Program-made: the position numbers and the translations under genes
The notes under the pieces: model-generated
The model's input: only the letters and a program-made list of their open reading frames with translations
Told to the model about the DNA's origin: nothing
Database searches by the model: none
Shown here: one piece after another, positions 45,591 through 55,500 of the stretch
How positions within the stretch are numbered: the stretch's first letter is position 1
How the letters are laid out: every line of letters begins with the position of its first letter
Assembly (NCBI GenBank): GCA_016194705.1
Contig: JACQAZ010000038.1
Span: 202,599 to 266,598, forward strand
Source: Elusimicrobiota bacterium
Lineage (GTDB): Bacteria; Elusimicrobiota; Elusimicrobia; UBA1565; UBA9628
DNA length: 64,000 nucleotides
Direction: 5' to 3'

Positions 45591-46490
45591 TTGAGCCACA
45601 GCGTCTACCGCGGCGTCGGCGACCTCAAGGGCTTCTCGCTCAAGAACTGCCAGTCGATGCCGGACCCGACCGGGGTGCTGATGTGCGCCCCCGATTTCTA
45701 CGACGTCGTCGACATCAAGAACCCGTTCATGGCGGGACACATCGGCGGAGTCAACCGGAGCCTGGCGCGGCGGCAATGGGAGGAAGTCAGGACCGCCTTC
45801 GAGACGGCCGGCAAGGGGGTCCTGGCGATCGACCCCGTCCAAGGCCTCGAGGACATGGTCTTCTGCGCCAACCAGACCTTCGTCGGCGTCGATCCCAAGA
45901 TGGAGAGAATCTGCCTGCTCGGCCAGATGCGCCATTCCTCTCGGCGGCGGGAGGTGCCCGCATTCGAGGCCTGGTTCAAGGACAAGGGCTACCGGATCGT
46001 GCGGCTCAAGGACCCCGGAGTCTCCTTCGAGGGCGCGGGCGACGCGATCTGGCATCCGGCCAAGCGCCTGATCTGGGGCGGCCACGGCTTTCGCTCCCAG
46101 CCCGAGGCCTACGAGGAGGTCGCGCGCGCTTTCGAGAGCCCCGTGGTCCTGCTCAAGCTCGTCAACGAGAGGTTCTACCACCTCGACACGTGCTTTTGTC
46201 CGCTGACCTCGGAAGCCGTGCTGATCTACCCCTCCGCCTTCGACGCGGAGAGCCTCGAGCTCATCTTGAAGATCTTCCCGATCGTGCTGACGGCCGGCGA
46301 GGGGGAGGCGATCCGCTCCATGGCCTGCAACGCGGCCGTCGTCGACGCGAAGACCGCGATATTGCAGAAGGGCGCGGCCTCGGTCGCGCGCCACATGGCG
46401 GTGATGGGCCTCAAGGTCATCGAGGTCGACACTTCCGAATACATCAAGTCCGGCGGCAGCGTCTACTGCATGAAGATGTTCCTTTATTGA
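45591..46490 (+). CDS. amidinotransferase-superfamily enzyme (DDAH / arginine-deiminase-like)
   Basis: 299 aa ending ...SGGSVYCMKMFLY, the C-terminal nucleophilic Cys in a GGxxxC context typical of the superfamily. Internal His/Asp-rich blocks. Confidence 0.6.
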   Translation: MSHSVYRGVGDLKGFSLKNCQSMPDPTGVLMCAPDFYDVVDIKNPFMAGHIGGVNRSLARRQWEEVRTAFETAGKGVLAIDPVQGLEDMVFCANQTFVGVDPKMERICLLGQMRHSSRRREVPAFEAWFKDKGYRIVRLKDPGVSFEGAGDAIWHPAKRLIWGGHGFRSQPEAYEEVARAFESPVVLLKLVNERFYHLDTCFCPLTSEAVLIYPSAFDAESLELILKIFPIVLTAGEGEAIRSMACNAAVVDAKTAILQKGAASVARHMAVMGLKVIEVDTSEYIKSGGSVYCMKMFLY

Positions 46491-47374
46491 TGCGGCCTTT
46501 CGCGCTCATCGTCTGTCTCTCGTCGGTCCTGCGGGCCGCCGAGCCTCAATCGATGAAGCCGCTCTATTCGGGCGTGCCCGATGCCGCGGCCAAGGAGATC
46601 AAGCGTCTCGAAGCGGACATGGCGAAGACGCTGACCGGCCGCCGCCTCTTGGCCGAGACCGACGGCGTCGAGCGGCGGGGCGCGGTGGCGGGGCTCTTGG
46701 GGACCGACGCCGTCCGCTGCCTGCGCGGGCCAAAGCCCGTTCTGGTCTACGACCTCGGACGCCTCTCCTCCACGCGCGAATGGGAGTTCGAGCTCGCCTA
46801 CGCGCGGGCTCTGGCCAAGGCCGCGCTGGCGATCCCGCTGGACCTGCCGGAGGCCGACATGGCGGCGGCTCAAGAGGAGCTCTCTTTCGCGCTCGACAAG
46901 GCGAAGCTCGATCCGACCTTCTCAAGCAAGCTCCACCAGCAGGCCAACGCCATGCGCGCCAAGCTCGAGAGCACTTTGCGTCTCGAGGCCGAGGCGCCCT
47001 ATCCGCCCCCGACGCCGTTCGAGGAGCTCGCGCGCGCCGCCTTCCATCTGGCCCTTTTCGAGCGCGGGCCCGACGAGTTCTACTGGGCCGTCGAGCGCGG
47101 CTTGCCCGAGTCCCCCGAGCGCGTACGGCTGACCGACCTCGAGGATTTCTCGGCGCGCTACGGCCCGACCTTCGCGGCGGAGGAGCCCGCCGACCGGATT
47201 CCCTATGTCCGGGTGGGGGGCCGGCGGTACCCCAAAGCCCTGTGGACCGCCGCGCGCTCGCTCGTCGAGTCGGGCGGGCTCAAGCGCATTCAGGAATCCT
47301 TGGCCGGCTTCGAGGGCGGGCCGGCTCAGCAGCTGCAGGAGAGGATCAAGAAATGGCTCTCCAAGTCTTCTTGA
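46490..47374 (+). CDS. hypothetical secreted protein
   Basis: Signal peptide MRPFALIVCLSSVLRAAEP. 294 aa. Start 1 nt after the upstream stop. Lies within the long artefactual ORF 45557..47374. Confidence 0.5.
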   Translation: MRPFALIVCLSSVLRAAEPQSMKPLYSGVPDAAAKEIKRLEADMAKTLTGRRLLAETDGVERRGAVAGLLGTDAVRCLRGPKPVLVYDLGRLSSTREWEFELAYARALAKAALAIPLDLPEADMAAAQEELSFALDKAKLDPTFSSKLHQQANAMRAKLESTLRLEAEAPYPPPTPFEELARAAFHLALFERGPDEFYWAVERGLPESPERVRLTDLEDFSARYGPTFAAEEPADRIPYVRVGGRRYPKALWTAARSLVESGGLKRIQESLAGFEGGPAQQLQERIKKWLSKSS

Positions 47375-47405
47375 TCGCGGGCTCCGAGAGATTTATACTG
47401 TGACC

Positions 47406-47900
47406 ATGCCTCTTATGAAGTCGGCCGTTTTTCTGCTCTGCGCCACGCTCGTCCTGCCGGTCCCCTCGGTTTTCGCGCAGGAAGCCTCTGGAACGGTCCA
47501 GCCCGCCGGCAAGACTGAAGCCGCGCCGAAGGCCAAGTCGAAGTCGAAAAAGAAGGCGAAGGGGCAGTCGAAGGCGAAGAAAAAGGAGGCCGAATCAAGC
47601 CAGTACCGGTTTCCCAACGCCTTGAGCGACGGCGAGCCCAAGACCTATCGCTTCGACGCCAACGGCAACCCGATCCCGCCTCCCAGCAAGAAGAAGAAAA
47701 CGACGAAGAAAAAGAAGAAGAAGGGCGCCGACGAAGAGAAAGACGAGAAGTCCGAGGACGAAAACGACGAGAAATCCGAGGACAAGCCGGAGGACAAGTC
47801 GGACGAGAAGCCCGGCGAGAAGTCCGAGGAAGGCAAGGACGGCTCCGCGGCGAAGGCCTGCACGACCGGGCAAGCCTGCTCGGCCGTCGTGCGCGACTAG
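47406..47900 (+). CDS. secreted Lys/Glu-rich low-complexity protein
   Basis: Signal peptide MPLMKSAVFLLCATLVLPVPSVFAQ. KSKSKKKAKGQSKAKKKE and EKSEDENDEKSEDKPEDKSDEKPGEKSEE tandem repeats. A C-terminal CTTGQAC Cys pair. Confidence 0.5.
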   Translation: MPLMKSAVFLLCATLVLPVPSVFAQEASGTVQPAGKTEAAPKAKSKSKKKAKGQSKAKKKEAESSQYRFPNALSDGEPKTYRFDANGNPIPPPSKKKKTTKKKKKKGADEEKDEKSEDENDEKSEDKPEDKSDEKPGEKSEEGKDGSAAKACTTGQACSAVVRD

Positions 47901-48343
47901 TCGGGCTCGACGCTCAGCGCCAATTTGCGCCTCTTCTCGGACGCCTCGCCCACCAGCGGGAATAGATAATAGCGCGAGAAGGCCTTGCAGTCCTCGAGGC
48001 CGTCCTTGGGACAATAATAGAAGGCGACCTGCAGGAGGACCTCGGACCTGCCCTGGGGCGGAACGAAGGGGACCTTGATCGGGAATCTGGGCTTGTCGAG
48101 ATAGCCCTTGCGGGTCAGCGCGTCGACCTTGACGGCGCCGCTGGTTTGCGCGATCCGGTAGACGAATTTCTGTCCCGGATGCAGCCGCCGGTCTTTGGGG
48201 AGCTTGAGGTCGAGAAGGATCTGCACCTCATGCCCCGCGCGCACGCGGGTTTCGGGCCGCGTGATCTGCGGCGGCTGCTCCGGCATGGGCGGCAGCGCGG
48301 ATTGCGCGAAGCTCGTCGCCAGCAGAAAGAAAAAAGCTCTCAT
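47897..48343 (-). CDS. hypothetical secreted protein
   Basis: Signal peptide MRAFFFLLATSFAQSA. 148 aa. Convergent with the upstream gene. Confidence 0.45.
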   Translation of the reverse strand: MRAFFFLLATSFAQSALPPMPEQPPQITRPETRVRAGHEVQILLDLKLPKDRRLHPGQKFVYRIAQTSGAVKVDALTRKGYLDKPRFPIKVPFVPPQGRSEVLLQVAFYYCPKDGLEDCKAFSRYYLFPLVGEASEKRRKLALSVEPD

Positions 48344-48403
48344 AAAAGAGGAGGCCCCGTTCCATTGTAACTGGAACGGGGCCTCCCGTGCAAACCGACC
48401 GGA

Positions 48404-49675
48404 CTAGCGCGCGAGCTTGGCCGCGTTGATCATCCCCGAGCCCTGCTCGGAGGACGACAAGCCCGGCAGCGGCTCGGCCGCCGCCTTGAGCGCTGCGCGC
48501 ACCGCGGCGGGACCCTTGGCGCCCTTGGCGACCGCCAAGGCCGCCAGGCCCGTCACGTGAGGCGTCGCCATCGAGGTGCCCGAGTAGGCGTGGACGTTCG
48601 ACGGGTCATTCGAGGTCGGCACCGTCGAGGGGATCTTGACGCCCGGCGCGATGAAGGCCACCTGCGAGCCGCGGCTCGAGAAGGCCGCGATGCCCTCGGA
48701 GGTGCTCAGGCAGAGCTTGGTCTCGGTGATCCCTTCAGGGCAGGACGCGGAGACCGCGATGCACTCGGGGAAGGCCGCCGGCCAGTTGACCGCCTTGCCG
48801 TCGTTGCCGGCGGCGCAGGCGAAGCTCACGCCCTGGCCGACCGCCATCTGCAGGGCGTACTGGATCAGCGGCATTTCCTGCGGCGCCCCGAGGCTCATGT
48901 TGGCGACCGAGATGCCGTTCTGGCCCGTCCACATGATGCCGCGCATGATCCCGAACATGTCGCCGCTGCCTTCCTTGGTGAGCACCTTGACCGCGTAGAG
49001 AGTCGCCTTGGGAGCGACGCCGACCACGCCCTTGCCGTCGAGCTCGGCGGCCACGATGCCGGCCACGTGCGTGCCGTGGAAGTGGTCGTCGACCCACGGA
49101 GCCTTGTCGTCGATCGCGTTGGTCCCGCCCGCGACGCGGCCTTTGAGGTCGGGGACGGTCGGATCGATGCCGGTGTCGATGATCGCGACCTTGACCCCGG
49201 CCCCCTGATTGGAGGGCCAGGCGGCCGGTGCGTTGACGCGCTTGATGCCCCACTGGGCCTCGCCGTCCGCCGCGCCATCAAGAGCCTTGACCGTCGAGGC
49301 TTTGAACTTGGGCAGCTCCTTGACGCTCTGCTGGACCTTCGAGAGAGGGTCGAGAGCGGATTCGCCCATGCTCAGCCAGTCGTCGCGCCAGGTGTCGGCG
49401 CCGACCATCAACACCTTGGGGTCGGACATCATCCGGAACTGAGCGAAGCCGAGCTTCGCGGCCGGCGCCTGAACGAGCAGGACGCGCAGGGCGGGGAGCG
49501 CATCGACGACCTTGAGCCCCTGCGCCTCGACGAACTGCCGCTGCTGCTGGTCCGTCAGTCCCGGCTTGAAAGCCACGATGAGCTTGTCCGCCGCGTCCTG
49601 CGCGCTCACGGCCGCCTGCGCCTTGCCCGCTCCGAGTGCCAGGAGCAGCGACAACCACCAATATCCTCTCCGCAT
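48404..49675 (-). CDS. secreted subtilisin-like serine peptidase (S8) with N-terminal propeptide
   Basis: Signal peptide. Catalytic triad motifs VAIIDTGID (Asp), HGTHVAGIVAA (His) and GTSMATPHVTG (Ser). Confidence 0.85.
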   Translation of the reverse strand: MRRGYWWLSLLLALGAGKAQAAVSAQDAADKLIVAFKPGLTDQQQRQFVEAQGLKVVDALPALRVLLVQAPAAKLGFAQFRMMSDPKVLMVGADTWRDDWLSMGESALDPLSKVQQSVKELPKFKASTVKALDGAADGEAQWGIKRVNAPAAWPSNQGAGVKVAIIDTGIDPTVPDLKGRVAGGTNAIDDKAPWVDDHFHGTHVAGIVAAELDGKGVVGVAPKATLYAVKVLTKEGSGDMFGIMRGIMWTGQNGISVANMSLGAPQEMPLIQYALQMAVGQGVSFACAAGNDGKAVNWPAAFPECIAVSASCPEGITETKLCLSTSEGIAAFSSRGSQVAFIAPGVKIPSTVPTSNDPSNVHAYSGTSMATPHVTGLAALAVAKGAKGPAAVRAALKAAAEPLPGLSSSEQGSGMINAAKLAR

Positions 49676-49790
49676 AAAGTTAAGAACCCCCCCAATGCGA
49701 AATTACCGCGTCCCAGAAAAAAACCATAGCATATGGCGGGCCAAAAGGCCTATAGAAAAAATGGGCCTTTAGGTCCCTATTTTTTGGGGG

Positions 49791-50150
49791 CTAGGCGAGC
49801 AGGCGCGAGACGGCGGAGACGAGGTCCTTGGGGCTGAAGGGCTTGGAGAGGCACACGGAGACCCCCGCCTCGGAAGCCGTCAAACTCGGGCTGACGCTGG
49901 CCGAAAGCAGGATCACGGGCAGCGAGGCCGTCGCGGGATCCTTCTTGAGCGCCGCGCAGAGGTCGAGGCCGCTCATGCCGGGCATGCGCTTGTCGAGCAC
50001 GATCAGATCGAAGCGGGATTCCGACGCGATGATCTTGAGAGCGCTCTCGGCGTCCTCGCAGAGCACGGTCTCGAAGCCCGAGAGCCGCAGGTACTCGGCC
50101 GCCAAGGCGCCGGTCGAGGGCTCGTCGTCGACGACCAGGATGCGCTTCAC
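49791..50150 (-). CDS. stand-alone CheY-like response regulator receiver
   Basis: VKRILVVDDEP...DLIVLDKRMPGMSGL...SKPFSPKDL. The GTG start overlaps the kinase stop (GTGA). The upstream part of ORF 49791..50450 is rejected. Confidence 0.7.
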   Translation of the reverse strand: MKRILVVDDEPSTGALAAEYLRLSGFETVLCEDAESALKIIASESRFDLIVLDKRMPGMSGLDLCAALKKDPATASLPVILLSASVSPSLTASEAGVSVCLSKPFSPKDLVSAVSRLLA

Positions 50151-52198
50151 GGGTGGGCCGGGAGCGTGAAGTAGAAGCGCGTGCCCCGGCCCGGCGCGCT
50201 CTCGAGCCAGATGCGGCCGCCATGGGCCTCCACGATGCCCTTGCAGATCGCCAAACCCAAACCGGTCCCCGGAGTCTTCCTTGACACCGTGTCGGCGACG
50301 CGGAAGAATTTCTCGAAGATGTGGGTCCGGTTCTCCTCCGCGATTCCCGGCCCCTGGTCGGCGACGCAGATCTCCACGAATTCTCCGTCCGGCTTCGAGG
50401 AGATGGTCACCGTCCCCTTTGGCGGGGTGTACTTGAGACTGTTGCCGCAAAGGTTGACAAGCACGCGATAGACCTGGTCCTCATCGGCCCAGACCGAGGA
50501 GGCCTGCGGCGAGAGCTTCTCCTCGAAGACGGCCAAAGAGGGGTGCTCCTTGAAGAGCAGTACCAGGCGCTTGCACAGCGCCGAGAGCTCGACCTGCCGC
50601 GGCTTTGGGTGCATCGCGCCGGCCTCGAGCTTCGAGACGTCGAGGAAGTTGGTCACCAGGCGTCCGAGGCGCTTGGCCTCCTCGAGTATGATCGAGATGA
50701 AGTGCGTGCGCTTGTCCGCCTCGAGACCGTCGCCGAAATCGAGGATCGTCTCGGCGAAGCCCTGGATGGCGGTCAGCGGCGTGCGCAGCTCGTGGCTGAC
50801 CAGCGAGACGAACTCGCTCTTCATGCGGTCGAGCTCCTTGCGTTTGGTGATGTCGCGAAAGACCCGCACCATCCCCCAGGGAGTCCCCGAGTCGTCCTTG
50901 AGCAAAGTGCAGTGGCCCTCGATGGGCACCAGGCCCCCGTCCTTGCGTCGGCTCACGCTCTCGAAATGAGCGCTGCCGCTCGCGCGCGCGGCGTCCTCCA
51001 GGTGGTGCTGCTCCTCCCGGTTGCCTGCGGGCGCTAGGAGGTCCGCCTGGCGGCTGAGCAGGTCCTCTTTCGTGTAGCCCGTGAGCCGCTCGACGCTCGT
51101 GTTCCACATGAGGATACGCGAGGCGAGGTCCGTGACGATGATCGCGTCTGCCGACTGCTCGGTCACGGCGGCCAGCACGCGCTGCTGCTGGAGGTTGCGC
51201 TGGATCAGGCGCGCGTTCCTCAGGAGACGGCTGATCTCGAGCATGGTCTGGTCTTTCTCCGAGCTCGGCGCGCGCGACTCGGGGTAGCCTACGACCAGCA
51301 CCCCGTCCTCGGTGAGGTCCTTGCCCTTGATGCTCGACAAGGGGGCCGCCAGCCAGCCCAGGCGGGTTCCCTGGGCGGTGACGATTCTCCGCTCGAGCAG
51401 GGCCTGAGCCACGACGAGGGCCTCTTCGCTTTGGGCCTCGGGCTCGAGGAACAAAGGGTCGCCGTGGCGCTGCGCGGCGTGCGGCGAGCCGAAATCGTCG
51501 CAGAAATAGACGGCGGCGTAGGGGCTGCCCATGAGCGCAAGCACGACGTTGCTGGCCGCGACCAGCGCGTCGGGGAAGGGGCGGTCGGCGAAGAGCTCCA
51601 AGGACATGCGGTTGAGCAGGACCAGGCGCTGGTAGCGGGCCTCGATGCTCGAGCCCGCGGGGCTGGCCGGCAGGCGGGGCATCCTGATCGGCAGCGGCAC
51701 CGGGCCCGCCTTGGTCCTCGTGCGAACCGTGCGCGCCCCCTCGGCCCAGGCCTCGGCGGCGGCTTGGCGCGCGAGCTTCCAAAGCCCCCGGGCCCCGTCA
51801 TCGAGCCCCACGGAGCCCGCGACCCCGGTGCTGACCGGCACGCGCGAGGTCTCGCGGACGGCCTGGTGGATCCGCTGCGCCGCCTCTTGGGCCGTCGCCA
51901 GAGGGGAGGTCATCAGCACGGCGACCTGGTCGCTGCCGAGGCGCCCGAGGCGCTCCTGAGGCCGCACTTGGGCCGAGACGAACTCGACGAGGCGCTCAAG
52001 GACCTGAACCGCCATCGCCTCGCCGCGGCTGAGGCGAATCTCCTCGAGGCGAACGGAATGGAAGACGATGAGGTTGGTCTCTTTGCGGCTCTTGATCGAC
52101 GAGTCGATCAGCGCGAGGAAGGCACCCTCCTGAAGAAGCGCGGGCGAGTTTGGTCGCGGGGGCGCAGCTTTCCTGCGGGCCCCTTTTTTGGCCGGCAT
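50147..52198 (-). CDS. multidomain sensor histidine kinase (GGDEF-like/GAF/PAS/HisKA/HATPase)
   Basis: PAS (AIIVTDLASRILMWNTSVERLTGY), HisKA (SEFVSLVSHELRTPLTAIQGF), HATPase (NLCGNSLKYT, DQGPGIA, GTGLGLAICKGIV). 683 aa. Confidence 0.8.
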   Translation of the reverse strand: MPAKKGARRKAAPPRPNSPALLQEGAFLALIDSSIKSRKETNLIVFHSVRLEEIRLSRGEAMAVQVLERLVEFVSAQVRPQERLGRLGSDQVAVLMTSPLATAQEAAQRIHQAVRETSRVPVSTGVAGSVGLDDGARGLWKLARQAAAEAWAEGARTVRTRTKAGPVPLPIRMPRLPASPAGSSIEARYQRLVLLNRMSLELFADRPFPDALVAASNVVLALMGSPYAAVYFCDDFGSPHAAQRHGDPLFLEPEAQSEEALVVAQALLERRIVTAQGTRLGWLAAPLSSIKGKDLTEDGVLVVGYPESRAPSSEKDQTMLEISRLLRNARLIQRNLQQQRVLAAVTEQSADAIIVTDLASRILMWNTSVERLTGYTKEDLLSRQADLLAPAGNREEQHHLEDAARASGSAHFESVSRRKDGGLVPIEGHCTLLKDDSGTPWGMVRVFRDITKRKELDRMKSEFVSLVSHELRTPLTAIQGFAETILDFGDGLEADKRTHFISIILEEAKRLGRLVTNFLDVSKLEAGAMHPKPRQVELSALCKRLVLLFKEHPSLAVFEEKLSPQASSVWADEDQVYRVLVNLCGNSLKYTPPKGTVTISSKPDGEFVEICVADQGPGIAEENRTHIFEKFFRVADTVSRKTPGTGLGLAICKGIVEAHGGRIWLESAPGRGTRFYFTLPAHP

Positions 52199-52222
52199 GG
52201 GTTTATTGTATCATCTTGCCGG

Positions 52223-52396
52223 ATGAAGAATCGGCTGCGGTGGCTGCTCCTGGTCTGCGCGCTGGGCTTCCTTCTGAAGACCATTTTCGGCCAGACGACC
52301 CACTGGTCGGTGGCGGGATTCTTTCTCTGCGGCGTGGCCTGGTATTACCTTACATGGCGGCGGACAAGGGAACTTGACTCGCCTAAGCCGCGCTGA
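52223..52396 (+). CDS. possible small 2-TM membrane protein
   Basis: MKNRLRWLLLVCALGFLLKTIFGQTTHWSVAGFFLCGVAWYYLTWRR. 57 aa. Lies in a gap between two minus-strand genes. Confidence 0.2.
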   Translation: MKNRLRWLLLVCALGFLLKTIFGQTTHWSVAGFFLCGVAWYYLTWRRTRELDSPKPR

Positions 52397-52504
52397 CAAG
52401 GAACGAACTCGCTCTTGGAGCGAGTTCTAAATCTCTACGGAAGCGGCGACGCCCGGCGCCAACTGTTGCCGGCAACAGTCTACAAGCCTGGCACCAGCGG
52501 CCGC

Positions 52505-55500
52505 TCACTCCTCGACGTTGAGCCAGAAGCCGTCGGAGTGCGCCGACATCTCGGGCGCGTACATCGACTGCAGCACGGCCGCGCCCAGGCGATATTTGCC
52601 GGCTGAGGTCGGCCGCAGACGGTAGCGCAGGACGTACTCGCCGTGCGGCAGCCAGGAGATGAAGAAGTTGGTCAGCGAATCGCGCGGCTCCTCGTAGCGG
52701 GAGAGCTGGTCCCACTTCCAGCCCGACAGCAGCTCCTCGGCTTCGAAGCCGGCGATCTTGGGGTCCTTCAAGTGCAGGTACTCGAACTGCGAGCGCGTGT
52801 TGATCTTGAGCTGGACCTCGATCTGGTCGCCGACCTTGACGGTCTGCCCCGCCTCGAGCGGCGTGAGGTGATAGTCGTCGCCCTTCTTGTGCCGAAGGAA
52901 GAACTTGCGCGAGAGCTCGATCATGCCCGGCCCCGAGGCTTTGGCGGGCTGGTCCGTCGTGTAGATCCAGGTGAGGCTCGCGAAGGCGAGGCCGGGGCCG
53001 TCCTTTTGGATGGTCGCCGCCCCCTGCTTGGGCCCGATCTCGGCGCCGTAATTGGTCCAGCGCAAGGGCTTCTCGAGCCAATCGTAGGGCTCGACGTTCG
53101 CCGCTTCCGTCTGGGTTCCCCAATTGACGCGGTACTTGTCGCCCTTGACGAGCGCTCCCCGCGAGCGCAAGACGTCGAGCAAGGAGAAGATGGCCGCCGC
53201 CGAGGCCTTGGTCGACTTCCATTCGTTTCCCTTGCGGTTGAACAGCAGCCACTGCACCATCCCAGGTATGCGCGGGTCCTTGGGGCGCAAGGTCAGCAGC
53301 ATCCTTAAAAAGAAGGCGTGCTTCTCGACCGTGTCGTTGTACCAGAGCCATGAGATCTTCTCGGGCGCCCAGTAGACCCCCGCGATGGGGTCGGTGCGCG
53401 CGCCGTCCATCGCGCGGTTGAGATACAGGTCGCCCTTGGCCTTCTCGCCCAAGCGCCAGTAGACGTAGGCCGCGTAGGCCTTGCCCAGCGGCGTCATCGC
53501 CTCCATGTGCTTGTCGGCGTAGTCGGCCCAGACCTTGGCGAACTTCCAGCCGAGCCCGGCTCCGGGCGTCGTCTTCGGGAAGGAAGTCACGACGTAAGCC
53601 GCGTAGAGGATCAGCGCGATCTCGGGCTCCTCGGGCTTCAAGTGCTTGGGAATCTCGTTGTTGGCGTATGAGAGGGCTTTCTGAACGACCGGCATCGGAA
53701 CGGCGACCTCGTAGCGCTGGGCTTCGGCCAGGCCGGCGAGCACGAGCAAGGTCATGTAGGGGTCGGAACGCCCGCCCGGGAACCACGGGAATCCGCCGTC
53801 GTATTCCTGGTACCGGCCGAGTTTGGAGGACGAGTCCATCAGCTCGCCCTGAACGACCTTCGGGTCGAACATGTCGATGAGCGGCCAGTAGCTCTTGCGG
53901 CCCTTGGAGAGCTCCTCCCAGGGAGTCTCCATGAGCTGCGTGAGGCGCCTCGGGTCGCTGCGGTCCCAGGCCGGCGTGATCGTGTCGCGCTTCGGGATCT
54001 TCTTGGCGGCCTCGGCCAAGGCCGGGTGCTTCCTATAAAAGGAATCGACGATGGCCAAGGGGACGTAGCGGTCGAGGAGCTGTTCGGTGCACTCGTACGG
54101 GTAATGGACGAGGAAGGGCAGGCTGTTGAGGATCGAGAGCGCCAACTGCGGGTCGATCTGCAAAGTCATCGACTCGTTGATCCGCGTCGGATCGCTCTCG
54201 TAGAAGACCGGCAGCTTCAAGACCTTCTTCATCGTGCCGTCCAAGGCGGCCAAAACGGTCTCGATGAGGCGTTCCCGCGATGGAAGAATGGGGAGGTCCC
54301 GCTCCTCGGCGTCAGCGAGGCTCCCTGCTCTGACGATCGCTTTGATTTTGAAGCTGTGCGAGCCGCGCGGCGCCTTGATCTTCCAGGACAGCGGGCTCAA
54401 GCCGCGCGGAACCGCCGAGAAGCTCTGCTTGAGCTCGGAGAGGCCGAGCTTCTCGGCGGCTCCGTTCCCATCAGGGTCGTCCTCATCCTTGATGGCGAGG
54501 GAGACTTCCCCCGTCAGCGGCTGCGCCGTTTCGTTGTGCACGACCGTCTTTATCGTCCCCTCGTCGCCCTCGCGAAAGTACCGCGGCATCTCGACCTGCA
54601 CCATGAGGTCCTTGCGCGTGACCGCCTCGGCCGAGACCTCGCCGCGTTTGGCGTCCTTGGTCAGCGCGTAGGCCTGGATCTTCCAGGATGTGAGTTGCTC
54701 GGGTGCTGTGAAGGTGAACACTCCCTTGCCGCCGGCGATCGGGAGCTGCGGCTCGAAGTAGGCCGTCTCGGCGAAGTTGGTGCGCGCCTGCACGGGCGGC
54801 TCCGGAGCGCCGCCGTCGGCGCGCTTGGCTTTTGATTCCTTGTCTCGCGACATCTCCTCGCGGGCCATGGCTTTGTTCGGTACGTTGGACGCCGCCGGCG
54901 CCGACGCAGGCAGGGCCCTGTCCTCCGCCATCTCGAGCATCGCGCGTCCGCGGATCCCGCCGCCTGCGCTGCTGAGGGCTCCCATCTCGAACATCCTGCC
55001 GAAGCCGCCGTAGACGCGGCTCTTGTTGAGCCGCAGCATCGGAGGCGAGGGCTCGGCGATGGCCTCGTAGTAGAGCTGCATCATCTTCTTGATCCAGCCC
55101 TCCTCGACCGGGAAGCTGTTCGCCCACGGCTGGTAGAGCGAACCCTGCGCTCCCCCGGAGCCCCACCGCTGGCCGAAGAGCTGCGAGACCCAGGGGGCGG
55201 CGGCCTTCATGTAGTACTCGAGCGAGCGGTCGAAGACCCTCACGACGGCCTCTCCGGCGGCGGATTTCTTGTCGTTGTCGAAGACGGACAGCGACCAAGT
55301 GACCTTCTCTCCGGGCTTCATGACGGGGTTGTGCTTGAGCTTGACCGAGAGCTCGCGGTCCTTCCACGGGACGTCGATCTTGGCCTGCCCGCTGCGGATC
55401 TTGAAATTGCGAGCGCCGAACCAGCGGACGGTAAATCCGCCTTTGTGCTCGTCTTTGACCGGGACGCTCAGGATCCGAATGCCGCCGCCGTCGAGGACTT

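Noticed and set aside
45557-46489. Upstream 311 codons of ORF 45557..47374 (+) and ORF 45540..46394 (-)
   Set aside because: They overlap the amidinotransferase-like gene. Only the 3' part from MRPFALIV at 46490, which has a signal peptide, is plausible.
50481-51782. 433-aa minus-strand alternative frame within the sensor kinase, and ORF 54483..55706 (-) within the alpha-2-macroglobulin gene
   Set aside because: Arg/Gly/Pro-rich out-of-frame translations inside genes with strong motif support.
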